DNA of 52,433 bases, from IMG/VR virus record IMGVR_UViG_3300027749_000146, positions 1 through 52,433 of that record; one strand, 5' to 3'. The notes below the pieces were generated by a model. That model saw only the letters and a program-made list of their open reading frames with translations. It was not told the DNA's origin and did not search any database. How positions within the stretch are numbered: the first letter of the stretch is position 1; each line of letters opens with the position of its first letter. Source of the DNA: a virus (lineage: Duplodnaviria > Caudoviricetes). The translations under genes and the position numbers were made by a program. Positions 41,801 through 49,904 of this stretch are shown one piece after another.

Positions 41801-43915
41801 ACCTAAGACTTTATTAACAATAACATTTAATACTGATGGATGGTCAACGACCATTTTCCAAGTAAGATTACCACTTCTTGATGTTGATTTATATGTATAA
41901 ACAGGTTCAGGTCTACCAATAAAATCAGTATTATTCCAATTTGCAGAAACATTCTCAGTAAAGGTTAACGCATATGGTGGAAACCACATAACTCTACCAC
42001 CATTTGGTCCTCTTTCACAAACAGGTAAATCTGAAACAGAAAATCCTGGTGTGTTAGAAGTTCTCCAAGCTAAATTCTCTAATGAGAACATATATTTCTT
42101 GGCGTAAGCACTATTAGTCGTACCAATTAGATTCGTTGATGATTGCCCACCTTCTTGTTTGTTTGGTGCAATATTAAGATTAAATGTCCTATCTAAAACC
42201 GAATCTGCGAATCGTCTTCCAGATATTGTAATACCATCCGTCTTTTGTAAATTATTATATTCTAAGTATGGAACATCTTTGGCAAAAACTCTACAATATT
42301 CAGTTCCAACTTCTTGTCCAATAGCACCAACATAAGATAAAACTCTCGAACCTTTTGTTAATTCCTTATATCCGTCATTGAATACTTTACTAACTTGGTC
42401 AATTGCATTTCCCACATGTTGAAGTCTTCTTCCTCCTTGTGGTTGACTATCAATAATTCTTTGGGTATCATCTAATATTGATCCTTCTCTAAAAGTTCTT
42501 TGAGTCGATTCTGTTGAAACATAAGATGATGGTCTAAAATTAGGATCTTGGTTCGTTATTAATCCACCAACACCAACTTTAAACCCTGCGTTGTTTTGAT
42601 ATTTTGGAGATACCCAAGTAAATCCTCCCTCAACACCACCGCCATTACTATAGGTTGGTCCATTAGCCCCTAAACGAACATCTTTACTTGGTCCTTCATA
42701 AAGTTGTGCTAATTCTTGAGGTCCGTAAACTGGTGATTGTTGTTCTTGTCCAATGCTATTGACAGGAACATCTCCTCCTGGTGAGAAAACTCTTGATGGA
42801 TCTGAGGATAATGATCCAATATAATATTCTCCTGTATTAGTTGTCGAACCAACGATTGCTCCCGCAAGTCTATCAAATAAAGTTCTATCAAAACTTGGCT
42901 TATATTTGTTATAATCAATATTGGCAAAAAGTCTGGATTTTTGTCCTCCTCCCGTATTGTTATAAAATATTTGAGATCCTGTTTGTCCTCCACCTAATAA
43001 TGTTGTAAAAAACTTTCCAACCGCAGACATTTTAAAGGCGGTATTAAGTTGTGTTAGTGTTGTTGGTTGCCCAGGATTTATATTCGTATTAAAATATGAA
43101 CCAGGGATTTCTGATACAGGTAAAATACTTCCTGCTAATCTAAGTGCAAAGTCGGTTGCCGCAAGGATAGGATTTGATGGAACTGTAATTGTATAATTTG
43201 GTTCTAATAATGGAACAATTCCTGTTATAATATTAAGAACATCTGTTCCACTTCTTACATTAAAAACATTTGCTCGACCTATTGTATCTTGTCTAATCTG
43301 ATCAGCAATTCTTTCTTGAAATTGATTTCTAAGTGTTACTGCTCCAAGTTTGGCAATAAATGAATCTTGACTTAAAAGTCCATCACTTCCTACAGGATCA
43401 TTTGATAATAAAATTGATGATGGTCTATATGTCGATGGATTAAATGTCGGATATGGTTGGTTATTATATACGCTGTCTAATCCATTTCTAATATAAGACG
43501 GTTGAGTAAAAAATTCTCCAGCGTCTGATAGTTCAAGTGTTCCATTAGAATACGCATTAACTTTTTTCCAATTATCTGACTCAGGACCCGCTTGAGATAA
43601 TATACGAGCATCTTGTTGTCCCGGTCCATATGGTCCGTTATTTGACTTCGTATTGGACAAGGCGTTAGGATCTGGTACTTGTTCGTACCCGCCTTCATTA
43701 CCCCATTGATTTAAAGGATAAAGATAGTTGGCAAACGATGGGGTATCAATTAATTGATCTGGACTATCTTGAACTGAGGTGTCCGATTGAAAGTATTCAA
43801 TATTATATGGCGGAGAAGGTACATTAGGAGACTTAGCATATGGAGCTAAATTTCTTGTTATTAGTTTTTTTCTAAAACCATCCGAGTTTACTAAATCTAG
43901 AGGACTACTTGCCAT
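38870..43915 (-). CDS. Large tube-initiator/baseplate protein with an embedded OmpA-like domain (1681 aa)
   Basis: Sits between the tape measure and LysM genes. FTENVSANWNNTDFIGRPEPVYTYKSTSRS and PPVLILRIGDFY-x3-IIPTSL (tube-like halves) flank LYFNND...ASAS...YNVDLSQRR...CRR. Confidence 0.62.
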   Translation of the reverse strand: MASSPLDLVNSDGFRKKLITRNLAPYAKSPNVPSPPYNIEYFQSDTSVQDSPDQLIDTPSFANYLYPLNQWGNEGGYEQVPDPNALSNTKSNNGPYGPGQQDARILSQAGPESDNWKKVNAYSNGTLELSDAGEFFTQPSYIRNGLDSVYNNQPYPTFNPSTYRPSSILLSNDPVGSDGLLSQDSFIAKLGAVTLRNQFQERIADQIRQDTIGRANVFNVRSGTDVLNIITGIVPLLEPNYTITVPSNPILAATDFALRLAGSILPVSEIPGSYFNTNINPGQPTTLTQLNTAFKMSAVGKFFTTLLGGGQTGSQIFYNNTGGGQKSRLFANIDYNKYKPSFDRTLFDRLAGAIVGSTTNTGEYYIGSLSSDPSRVFSPGGDVPVNSIGQEQQSPVYGPQELAQLYEGPSKDVRLGANGPTYSNGGGVEGGFTWVSPKYQNNAGFKVGVGGLITNQDPNFRPSSYVSTESTQRTFREGSILDDTQRIIDSQPQGGRRLQHVGNAIDQVSKVFNDGYKELTKGSRVLSYVGAIGQEVGTEYCRVFAKDVPYLEYNNLQKTDGITISGRRFADSVLDRTFNLNIAPNKQEGGQSSTNLIGTTNSAYAKKYMFSLENLAWRTSNTPGFSVSDLPVCERGPNGGRVMWFPPYALTFTENVSANWNNTDFIGRPEPVYTYKSTSRSGNLTWKMVVDHPSVLNVIVNKVLGNETNKVRINGILDSFFAGCRKYDIYELAKKYYMIKPDDLYQLQQAITSKDMTLEQIDVAKQTIQTGDKTTSKENQPVAQVGGGGNSKDYFNKYVNTGLYFNNDYPKKGGSIDYTSLYTEYTGQKSLYADKTPSPGSTDEFFDSVVTPNYNVISALATDLATQLKQYTGNITIEIDASASAPASLSYNVDLSQRRIDSLIEFFTQNESTKQFVTNKRISFTTTKALGESTTSQPMATTDKTNTLVLSPKGIVNCTDQDPNVKGGDIMVGAKEIYTYGAMACRRAFIKSINSSLNAPPSEVPPNKVEVKVQNVVTHTVKTEEITQEYRKRDNITKRIVRLLLSECDYFESIKETTPMVYDNLRDKLKFFQPAFHSTTPEGLNSRLTFLQQCMRPGDTIPTVKDIGGSPVLQYNNATNTSFGTPPVLILRIGDFYNTKIIPTSLNFTYEELDLNPEGIGVQPMIANVTMAFHFVGGSGLKESVDKLQNALTFNYYANTEIYDERSDATSQEENLKTLDSYFLSLASPPPVPGGNNTMTNTGQNNNNTIGLLSNTIVTATDETGTINYREFMQKFVTDTQTYFTNVINKPKEVVSQYNNALRQQWMLERSYTQGNFNVGVTLDPVVLFGKPNNVDKRIDQIFVKYQTDIQSSTDEFIKFISTPQKNFSPRLISTVKDNYSNFVKNKRSAYQNAITKITQDLVNIEQSYIQTLSRVNIISFDGATNTGTDGFQAKSGPVRVFVTKGTTKVSVNPGTATDTLTELKNDILKVQTDINVFNDIIWSKSSFSVPGVKPDYTGVMVFETGQDGISKEITVEEVFTPFSRNTEFTSFSFRRSYMIMSDDILDDKKYQTFKTAIIGNILGNTAIIGNGFDDLETAFDAYWLKTAKPIFTQENDITKSFINNLEKDKLKNFLIYTPFDNKDRELTYTTVNAAVAEKQTSQKNMISGLAATTNYNTNNNTWNDLNGNSTGAFISKAKLN

Positions 43916-43956
43916 TTAAATCTTTTCCAATAAATAGGTCAAATATGTTTTTTTTA

Positions 43957-45822
43957 TCAAGGATTATATCCTGTCGCTCCCGGTCCCTTTGTAGGCGTAG
44001 AGTTCCTTGCAAGTCCCTTAATAAAATCTTGGAATTTTGTTGTATTAAAAGTGTCTGTTAATGCTTTATTTAATTGATCAGCACTAAGACCTTGTGCTCC
44101 TTCAATTTTAATATCGTGATGGATTGTTACCTCTCCATCAACTTTTGTTTCATTTGTTTGTGTTGATTGTGCCGCTGATTGGTTATTAGATATATTTGTT
44201 ACCTCAGGAGTTGCCGGTGAACTAATTTCACGATTACTATATGGTCCAACATATGGCGGTTTTGGTTGAATTCCAAAAAATTTCTCAGTACTATTCACCA
44301 TACCCGTTCCTTTTTTACCTAATTCTATACCCGCTTGTCTACCTGCCTCGCCCCCCTTTGTTAACATTTGAGCGCCCTCAAGACCTTTTGTTGCCCCTAC
44401 TGTAACTGTCTTAATACCATTAAGGGCAATACTAGCGACATCTTTAGCTAAAGCCTTAAAATCTTGACTTGACGCTTGTCCTCTTCCCGCTTTCTGCAAT
44501 ATTCCTATAATATCATCACCAATTTTTTCTGTAAAATTCTGTTTCATTGACTTAACAGTTCCTTCATTAAAGATTCCTTGAACTATTGCGGTAATTGTTG
44601 TTCTAGTATCCTCCTGTGCCCTTTGAGCGCCTCCTTGAGTTGTGATTGATCCAACAATTTTATCCCTCATCGCATTAATACCATTTTTCACTTGCTCAGT
44701 CGCACTTAGTTGAGAAAGAGCAATTTCCTCAAGTGTTTTTGGTTGTTTTTTTTGATTTTCAATAAGTTTATCCATTTCTGCTTGAGTAACATCAGTTAAA
44801 TCCTCAAGATGTTTTTTTCCATCCTTATCCTCAACCTCAACCTGATATTTACCACTCTCAGACATTTTGGAAATATTTGAAAGGTATTGTTTGTCTTCCT
44901 CATTTTTAAATGTAATAGATGGGCTAATTTGAGACATTCTCATATCTGCCTCAGCAGCTGCTAATCCCATCTTGGTTAAAGACCCTGACGTTAGTCCCGC
45001 CTGTTTTTCCATTTCCCCTAAAGTTAGTACACCTTGTGGATTAATCTTAAATGTTTTTGTTTTTTCATCAAAATAGGTAAATTGTTTTGAAACATTGGCA
45101 AGACTTGTTTGTAATCCTGATGGATCATTAATTGACTGGTTCATCAATTGAAATGGATCGGCAAGTCCTCCAACAGAAACTCCTAATCTTTGAAACGCGG
45201 ATGCCACCTCAATTGCACCTTCAGGAGATAAAACTCTTTCCGCCAACTTAAAAGTCTCACCCATGTCAAACCTTAACATACTTGCTTGAGCCGCCATTTT
45301 TGTTAACCCTTGTACTCCTCCTTCAAATTGATATCGGTTAAGTTGACCCATGTTTTTTTCAACATCCTGCATCACTTGTTTTGTATTCCCACCAATACTT
45401 TGAATATATCCTATAGAGCTTTCTAACTGTTTTGGAAGTTGCCCAATTCCAACCCCAACATTTAAAAATTTATCGGAAAGTTCTCCAGCAGTAACCCCTA
45501 AAACTTTTGAAGCAGCATATAACTTAGTAATGTCTTCTGTATTTGCAATAACATTTCGTCTAGACGCTAAAGCAATTTCTGACATTGTTTTACTGACATC
45601 TTTAATGCCTCCACCAAGATTGTCAATCATTGGTAATGTTTCGCCAATGGTAGTTCTAAGCTCAATAATTCTAGCCCGACTTTCACCCATTGACTTATTA
45701 AAGTCATTTGCGCTATCCTCTAAATTTCCAAATCCGTCAGTTATAGTCTCAAGATTAATTTTTGCAGCAGATTTAAGATCTTCATATGTTTCTTTAATTG
45801 TTGCTGGTCCTTTTTTTCCCAT
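43957..45822 (-). CDS. Tape measure protein (621 aa)
   Basis: Helical A/Q/K-rich protein with no Cys or Trp, directly after the tube and chaperone genes. Confidence 0.7.
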   Translation of the reverse strand: MGKKGPATIKETYEDLKSAAKINLETITDGFGNLEDSANDFNKSMGESRARIIELRTTIGETLPMIDNLGGGIKDVSKTMSEIALASRRNVIANTEDITKLYAASKVLGVTAGELSDKFLNVGVGIGQLPKQLESSIGYIQSIGGNTKQVMQDVEKNMGQLNRYQFEGGVQGLTKMAAQASMLRFDMGETFKLAERVLSPEGAIEVASAFQRLGVSVGGLADPFQLMNQSINDPSGLQTSLANVSKQFTYFDEKTKTFKINPQGVLTLGEMEKQAGLTSGSLTKMGLAAAEADMRMSQISPSITFKNEEDKQYLSNISKMSESGKYQVEVEDKDGKKHLEDLTDVTQAEMDKLIENQKKQPKTLEEIALSQLSATEQVKNGINAMRDKIVGSITTQGGAQRAQEDTRTTITAIVQGIFNEGTVKSMKQNFTEKIGDDIIGILQKAGRGQASSQDFKALAKDVASIALNGIKTVTVGATKGLEGAQMLTKGGEAGRQAGIELGKKGTGMVNSTEKFFGIQPKPPYVGPYSNREISSPATPEVTNISNNQSAAQSTQTNETKVDGEVTIHHDIKIEGAQGLSADQLNKALTDTFNTTKFQDFIKGLARNSTPTKGPGATGYNP

Positions 45823-45843
45823 AATTTTTTAAAGCTTATATTA

Positions 45844-45851
45844 TATAAATA
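45844..45851 (-). promoter_or_regulatory. TATTTAT(A) motif, putative phage late promoter (representative copy)
   Basis: Copies start near 3312, 9782, 18233, 20632, 22652, 27535, 30813, 43930, 45845, 48410 and 48976, each shortly upstream of a minus-strand start. Confidence 0.65.
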
Positions 45852-45879
45852 CAAAAGGACTGAATTTTCAGCCCTTTTG
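45852..45879 (-). terminator. Terminator-like hairpin over the stop of the +1-frame ORF
   Basis: Minus strand CAAAAGGGCTGAA-AA-TTCAGTCCTTTTG, followed by TATTTAT. Confidence 0.6.
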
Positions 45880-46023
45880 GTTTTCCCTAATCCATTTATC
45901 CAATAAATATTTTCTCATAAAAATTGGCATTGATTGAAAATCTTGATAACTGATCTTCAACAGCGTATTCAAATAGTAAAATTCGTCTAGCTGCCCTTTC
46001 CTATAATCAGAAGAAAGGACGAA
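45868..46023 (-). CDS. Unannotated +1-frame ORF: probable frameshift extension of the tail chaperone, or a small separate chaperone from ATG 46047
   Basis: (F)VLSSDYRKGQLDEFYYLNTLLKISYQDFQSMPIFMRKYLLDKWIRENQKG* overlaps the chaperone stop and fills the gap before the tape measure gene. Confidence 0.7.
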   Translation of the reverse strand, partial: FVLSSDYRKGQLDEFYYLNTLLKISYQDFQSMPIFMRKYLLDKWIRENQKG

Positions 46024-46750
46024 AAAAATCCACCCCAAAACCAACATTTACTGTTTGTTTTTCTCCTGACGGGGTGGTAATTTCTTTTTTCATATCCAAT
46101 TTAGGTTCATTTTGATCCATAAATTTTCTCACATATTTAGAGTCTGCAATTGGCATTTGTTCGATAAATCTTACAATTTCCGATTTATCTGTTGTTCCGT
46201 CAACCTCAACAATTTGTTTTTGAAGTCTCCAAGTTACCCTCGGTGCAGTCCTGCCTTGGGGATATGTATCAACCATTCTCTGTATTTCCTGAATTTCCCC
46301 ATAATTCATGGGTTTCAATTTAATAGTTGATCCTGATTTTGGTAATATTGTAGTAAATGTACCATCTTCATTAGGTTCTTGTCCATTAACAATAGTTAAT
46401 CTTTCCAATGAAACTGTTACTGTAAATGGTTTTCCTGTAATTGAATCTGTTAAATTTAACTCCATATCAGTTCCAAATGCAGTATTTCGTAAAAAGATAA
46501 GAATTGCTTCAATATCACCTTCTAACAATTCCTCTATTCTAAAATCAGGTTCATACACCTTTGATCGTAATAAAGTTGATGTTAAATCTTTATCTCCCCC
46601 CATTAATACATTCTCGTCACTTGCGGTCAAATATCCGACCTTAAGTGTCTTTTTCTTGTTTTTATAAAAAACTCCTTGTGATGGTAGTCCCACCACATCG
46701 TGTGGTAGTGTAAAATTTTGTTGACCGTAGTCTCTTGATTGATCGTCCAT
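46007..46750 (-). CDS. Tail assembly chaperone / T4 gp26-like hub assembly protein
   Basis: LPSQGVFY...YLTASDEN-x-L...GDIEAILIFLR...MPIADSKYVR...DFFRPFF; located between tube and tape measure. Start taken at MDDQSR (46750), after the terminator. Confidence 0.72.
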   Translation of the reverse strand: MDDQSRDYGQQNFTLPHDVVGLPSQGVFYKNKKKTLKVGYLTASDENVLMGGDKDLTSTLLRSKVYEPDFRIEELLEGDIEAILIFLRNTAFGTDMELNLTDSITGKPFTVTVSLERLTIVNGQEPNEDGTFTTILPKSGSTIKLKPMNYGEIQEIQRMVDTYPQGRTAPRVTWRLQKQIVEVDGTTDKSEIVRFIEQMPIADSKYVRKFMDQNEPKLDMKKEITTPSGEKQTVNVGFGVDFFRPFF

Positions 46751-46751
46751 A

Positions 46752-46790
46752 TAAAAAAAAATAACCGTAAAGTTTATGTCTCTACGGTTA
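46752..46790 (-). terminator. Intrinsic terminator-like hairpin
   Basis: Minus strand TAACCGTAGAG-ACATAAA-CTTTACGGTTA followed by a T run. Confidence 0.7.
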
Positions 46791-46811
46791 AATATAATTC
46801 TTAATCTTTTT

Positions 46812-48392
46812 TTATAAAGATAATTCCCATCTAATATGACCGCAATCATAAATTCTATAAATCTTTCTATCAAACATTATTTCTTTTTCCGTTTTATTCT
46901 TATCATATCCTTCTTTAACTAATATATCCTTTCTAAAATTAAATCTATAATATCTTAATCCATTAATTACGTACCAATAATTTGGTTTTGATTGCGTTTT
47001 TTTCTCAAACCCCAAATGTTTATACATATCCCCATTAAAAAGTCTAATATCTGAATATGAAATAATTTTATTAGGTAAGTAAGTATTCATGAAATATTTT
47101 AGAAGTTTTCCGGCCGCTCCAACAACATTAGTATTAATTTTATTACAAAATCTAGTAAGTTCCCATTCATCACTTTTTCCACCCATTAAAACTCTTCCTT
47201 TTGAAAATGTCATCACTGAAGTCAAATCACCTTTATAGTATAACCCAATTTTTACTTTTGAATTAACATTTCCTTGTATATGGTTTTCGTCAAGAAATTT
47301 TTTACACGTAATTGAATCCATCTCTTTAATTTCACATTTTCTAGCAAAAATATTATCATCTGTCTTTTTTATCCTATTCTTGATTATAGACTTAACAATC
47401 TCTTTTTTATTAACCCATTCATCTTCAAATATATGAATCAATTCTATATTTTTTTCTTGACACTTAATAGTTTTGTTTAGATGATAGTCATAGGGTAAGA
47501 ATAATTCATTATGCCAATAAACGCCATTAAATTCTATTGCTAAGTTATATTGTGGAATAAAAATATCCAATTCTTGTTTATTATCCATTATCTTAGACGA
47601 ACAATTGTGTTCTATTGATAACGATGTTAAATACTTAGATAGTTCATCTTCATAACCGCTTCTCAATGATTGTCCAATAGGATTACAATGAATACACACG
47701 TCATAATCTCTATTATTTCTTTCATATAATAATTGCTTTGTAATTTTACTTTCTTTATCACATTTCTCACACTTAATTGTCACTATTAACTTATCAATAT
47801 CTATAATATTAATTTTTGGGTACAACGATTTAAATGACTTAATAACTTTATTCCTGTAGTTATTTGACTTTGAGTAATTATCAACTCCATATTTTTTAAT
47901 TGATGTTATTTTTAATTTTTCAGGATTATTATAATTTTGGTCACCATATTTTTTTAATTTCGTTTCTTTTGCCTTTTTAGAGTTATTAAAATTTATATCC
48001 CCGTATTTCTTGTTCTTAGTATCTCTTTGTTTTTTTATAAAATCCTCATGTTGAGGATAAAAATCAACTCCATATTTTTTGTTAATAGTATTGCGTTGTC
48101 TGATAGACATCTCTTCCTTATTAGAGTTAATACAAACCAAAGAGCAAAATTCACCATATGGTTTATCAAACCTATCCCTAAATTTTATTTCATTACCGCA
48201 TGTTTTACACTTTGGTCTTTCCGTTAAGGTATTATAATAAAACCAAATTTTTTCTTTGAAGTTTAGACCGATAGATAGGTCCTTGGAATACTCAATAATT
48301 TTCACGTATAAATCAGGATGATTATTTCTTATCCATTTTTCTTGAGTTTTATATCCTGACTTATTATTTGTTGTAAAAAAAGAAAAATCCAT
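46812..48392 (-). CDS. Free-standing putative homing endonuclease: Zn-finger, KYG repeats, Vsr/DUF559-like nuclease and a C-terminal GNAT-like domain
   Basis: CKTC...FCSLVC; four KKYG repeats; ELDIFIP-x3-LAIEFNGVYWH...IHIFEDEW; ARKC...NHIQG...WELTRFC...ISYSD...YKHLGF...RIYDCG. Very AT-rich, interrupts tube-chaperone order. Start at MDFSFF (48392). Confidence 0.75.
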   Translation of the reverse strand: MDFSFFTTNNKSGYKTQEKWIRNNHPDLYVKIIEYSKDLSIGLNFKEKIWFYYNTLTERPKCKTCGNEIKFRDRFDKPYGEFCSLVCINSNKEEMSIRQRNTINKKYGVDFYPQHEDFIKKQRDTKNKKYGDINFNNSKKAKETKLKKYGDQNYNNPEKLKITSIKKYGVDNYSKSNNYRNKVIKSFKSLYPKINIIDIDKLIVTIKCEKCDKESKITKQLLYERNNRDYDVCIHCNPIGQSLRSGYEDELSKYLTSLSIEHNCSSKIMDNKQELDIFIPQYNLAIEFNGVYWHNELFLPYDYHLNKTIKCQEKNIELIHIFEDEWVNKKEIVKSIIKNRIKKTDDNIFARKCEIKEMDSITCKKFLDENHIQGNVNSKVKIGLYYKGDLTSVMTFSKGRVLMGGKSDEWELTRFCNKINTNVVGAAGKLLKYFMNTYLPNKIISYSDIRLFNGDMYKHLGFEKKTQSKPNYWYVINGLRYYRFNFRKDILVKEGYDKNKTEKEIMFDRKIYRIYDCGHIRWELSL

Positions 48393-48454
48393 ACATTTAT
48401 ATTTTATATATAAATATATAGATTTTTCTTTGGGTTGTAAAGGATATGTAAAAA

Positions 48455-48943
48455 TCAATAAACCAGTACACAACGATCCATCCTTAAAGACGCCGAAATT
48501 GTTGCCAACGCCTCTGAATTGTATGCCAAAGTACCAAAATTGACATCTACTAAGAATGTGCCATATAAAATCCATTTTTCAACAACAACTCCCGTAGGAT
48601 CTAACATCTCCAAATCAATATCTTTCTTGTATCCCGCAGCATATCCCATACGACCTGTTACTGACTCAGCATGTAATCGAACCCATTCCATCAACGCTTG
48701 AGCCGCAGAAGGTCCAATAGGGTCTCTAAAGGTCACTGGAATTGCTTGCCATGTAAATCTACCTGCAACATAAGTAGAAGTATTTAAAAATTGTATCTCA
48801 GTTGCACCAATTTGAATATGTGGTCTAGCAGTAGTTTCTACAAACCACTCATTAATTCCCAAACTTGATGGAAACCTTAGAATAAAACGATTCTGACGCT
48901 TTGGTTCGTAAGGAACCGGCATTTTCATCAATAAATCAGCCAT
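48455..48943 (-). CDS. Tail tube protein, T4 gp19-like
   Basis: EPKRQNRF...YVAGRFTW...YKKDIDLEMLDPTGVVVEKWILYGTF...L-x-MD; 162 aa, downstream of the sheath. Confidence 0.88.
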   Translation of the reverse strand: MADLLMKMPVPYEPKRQNRFILRFPSSLGINEWFVETTARPHIQIGATEIQFLNTSTYVAGRFTWQAIPVTFRDPIGPSAAQALMEWVRLHAESVTGRMGYAAGYKKDIDLEMLDPTGVVVEKWILYGTFLVDVNFGTLAYNSEALATISASLRMDRCVLVY

Positions 48944-49032
48944 ATTATTATAATTTTGTTTTTTTGTTTATAACGATAAATATATCTCTATTAAAAATAT
49001 TTCTATTTACTTTTTTTTTCGAGCGATTATTC

Positions 49033-49863
49033 TTATTTAACTTCCTTTTTAGTACCTCCGGCAGTAGAATAAGTCTTAACTATATTATCTGGTTTATTTT
49101 TAAAATGTTTACTAATAGCTTCTATATTCTTTGCATCATCATCTGAAAAGCCTATAGATAATTTACTAGGTATAAATTTATTTTTAATATCTTTCTTTAA
49201 ATAAGCTTTTTTATTAAGTAATGCCGCCATTCCTTTAATATAACTTACAAAATCATCCATCGCTTGTACTTTAGCCTGTTCAGGATTTTTTGACCCCTCT
49301 TCATCACCAAAACTTACTGGATGATATTTGTTTAACTCTAAGTAAGTTTTAATTAATTCTTTATCACTCATTTCATCCTCACCCATAAATGACCGATATT
49401 TTTTAAGGTTTTTTAATAGTTCCTCTTTATCTATACCGTTGAAACCTGTTATAATATAATTATATATTGCTTCCTTTATTGTGTTCGGATTATGTCCTCT
49501 TGCTGTAATAATTGCAAAAATAGATCCATTATTAATTGCTTCTTTAAAATCATCAAATGCTGGACCTGGTTTTGCTCTCATTGCATCAATAATAAAATCC
49601 TTATCTCCTTTAACTCCGAAGTTACGGAAAGCATCATCAGCATATCCTACAATCATTTCACCATTATATTCAAAAGGTTCTTTACCAATCTTATGTCTAT
49701 ATGATGCAAAGTCATCAGTACTCATTTCGACTTCATCACCATCTTCATTTAATAACACAATTTTGGTGGGCATATGTACGATATTATCGTCCCAGTCAAA
49801 AGCATAATATTTTAAATCTGGTGTACCTTCACCCTTAAATCCTTCTTTAAATTCTAATCTCAT
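49033..49863 (-). CDS. HAD-superfamily phosphatase
   Basis: Motif I YAFDWDDNI, motif II IITARG, Lys in EQAK, motif IV GFSDDD-x2-N. Confidence 0.75.
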   Translation of the reverse strand: MRLEFKEGFKGEGTPDLKYYAFDWDDNIVHMPTKIVLLNEDGDEVEMSTDDFASYRHKIGKEPFEYNGEMIVGYADDAFRNFGVKGDKDFIIDAMRAKPGPAFDDFKEAINNGSIFAIITARGHNPNTIKEAIYNYIITGFNGIDKEELLKNLKKYRSFMGEDEMSDKELIKTYLELNKYHPVSFGDEEGSKNPEQAKVQAMDDFVSYIKGMAALLNKKAYLKKDIKNKFIPSKLSIGFSDDDAKNIEAISKHFKNKPDNIVKTYSTAGGTKKEVK

Positions 49864-49872
49864 AGTTGGCTA

Positions 49873-49900
49873 ATGGGGGAGAATTAATCCCCCCCCCTAT
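49873..49900 (-). terminator. GC-rich hairpin directly after the sheath stop (terminator or mRNA stabiliser)
   Basis: GGGGGA...TCCCCC inverted repeat; only a weak U tract on the coding strand. Confidence 0.5.
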
Positions 49901-49904
49901 TATA

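Noticed and set aside
46751-46873. N-terminal extension of the chaperone ORF
   Set aside because: It overlaps the nuclease gene end and a terminator hairpin; ATG 46750 is preferred.
48393-48575. N-terminal extension of the nuclease ORF into the tube gene
   Set aside because: It overlaps the tube gene and crosses the promoter-like motif; ATG 48392 is more plausible.
3311-48982. T4-type TATAAATA late promoters driving plus-strand transcription
   Set aside because: There are no credible plus-strand genes, and motif placement tracks minus-strand starts.
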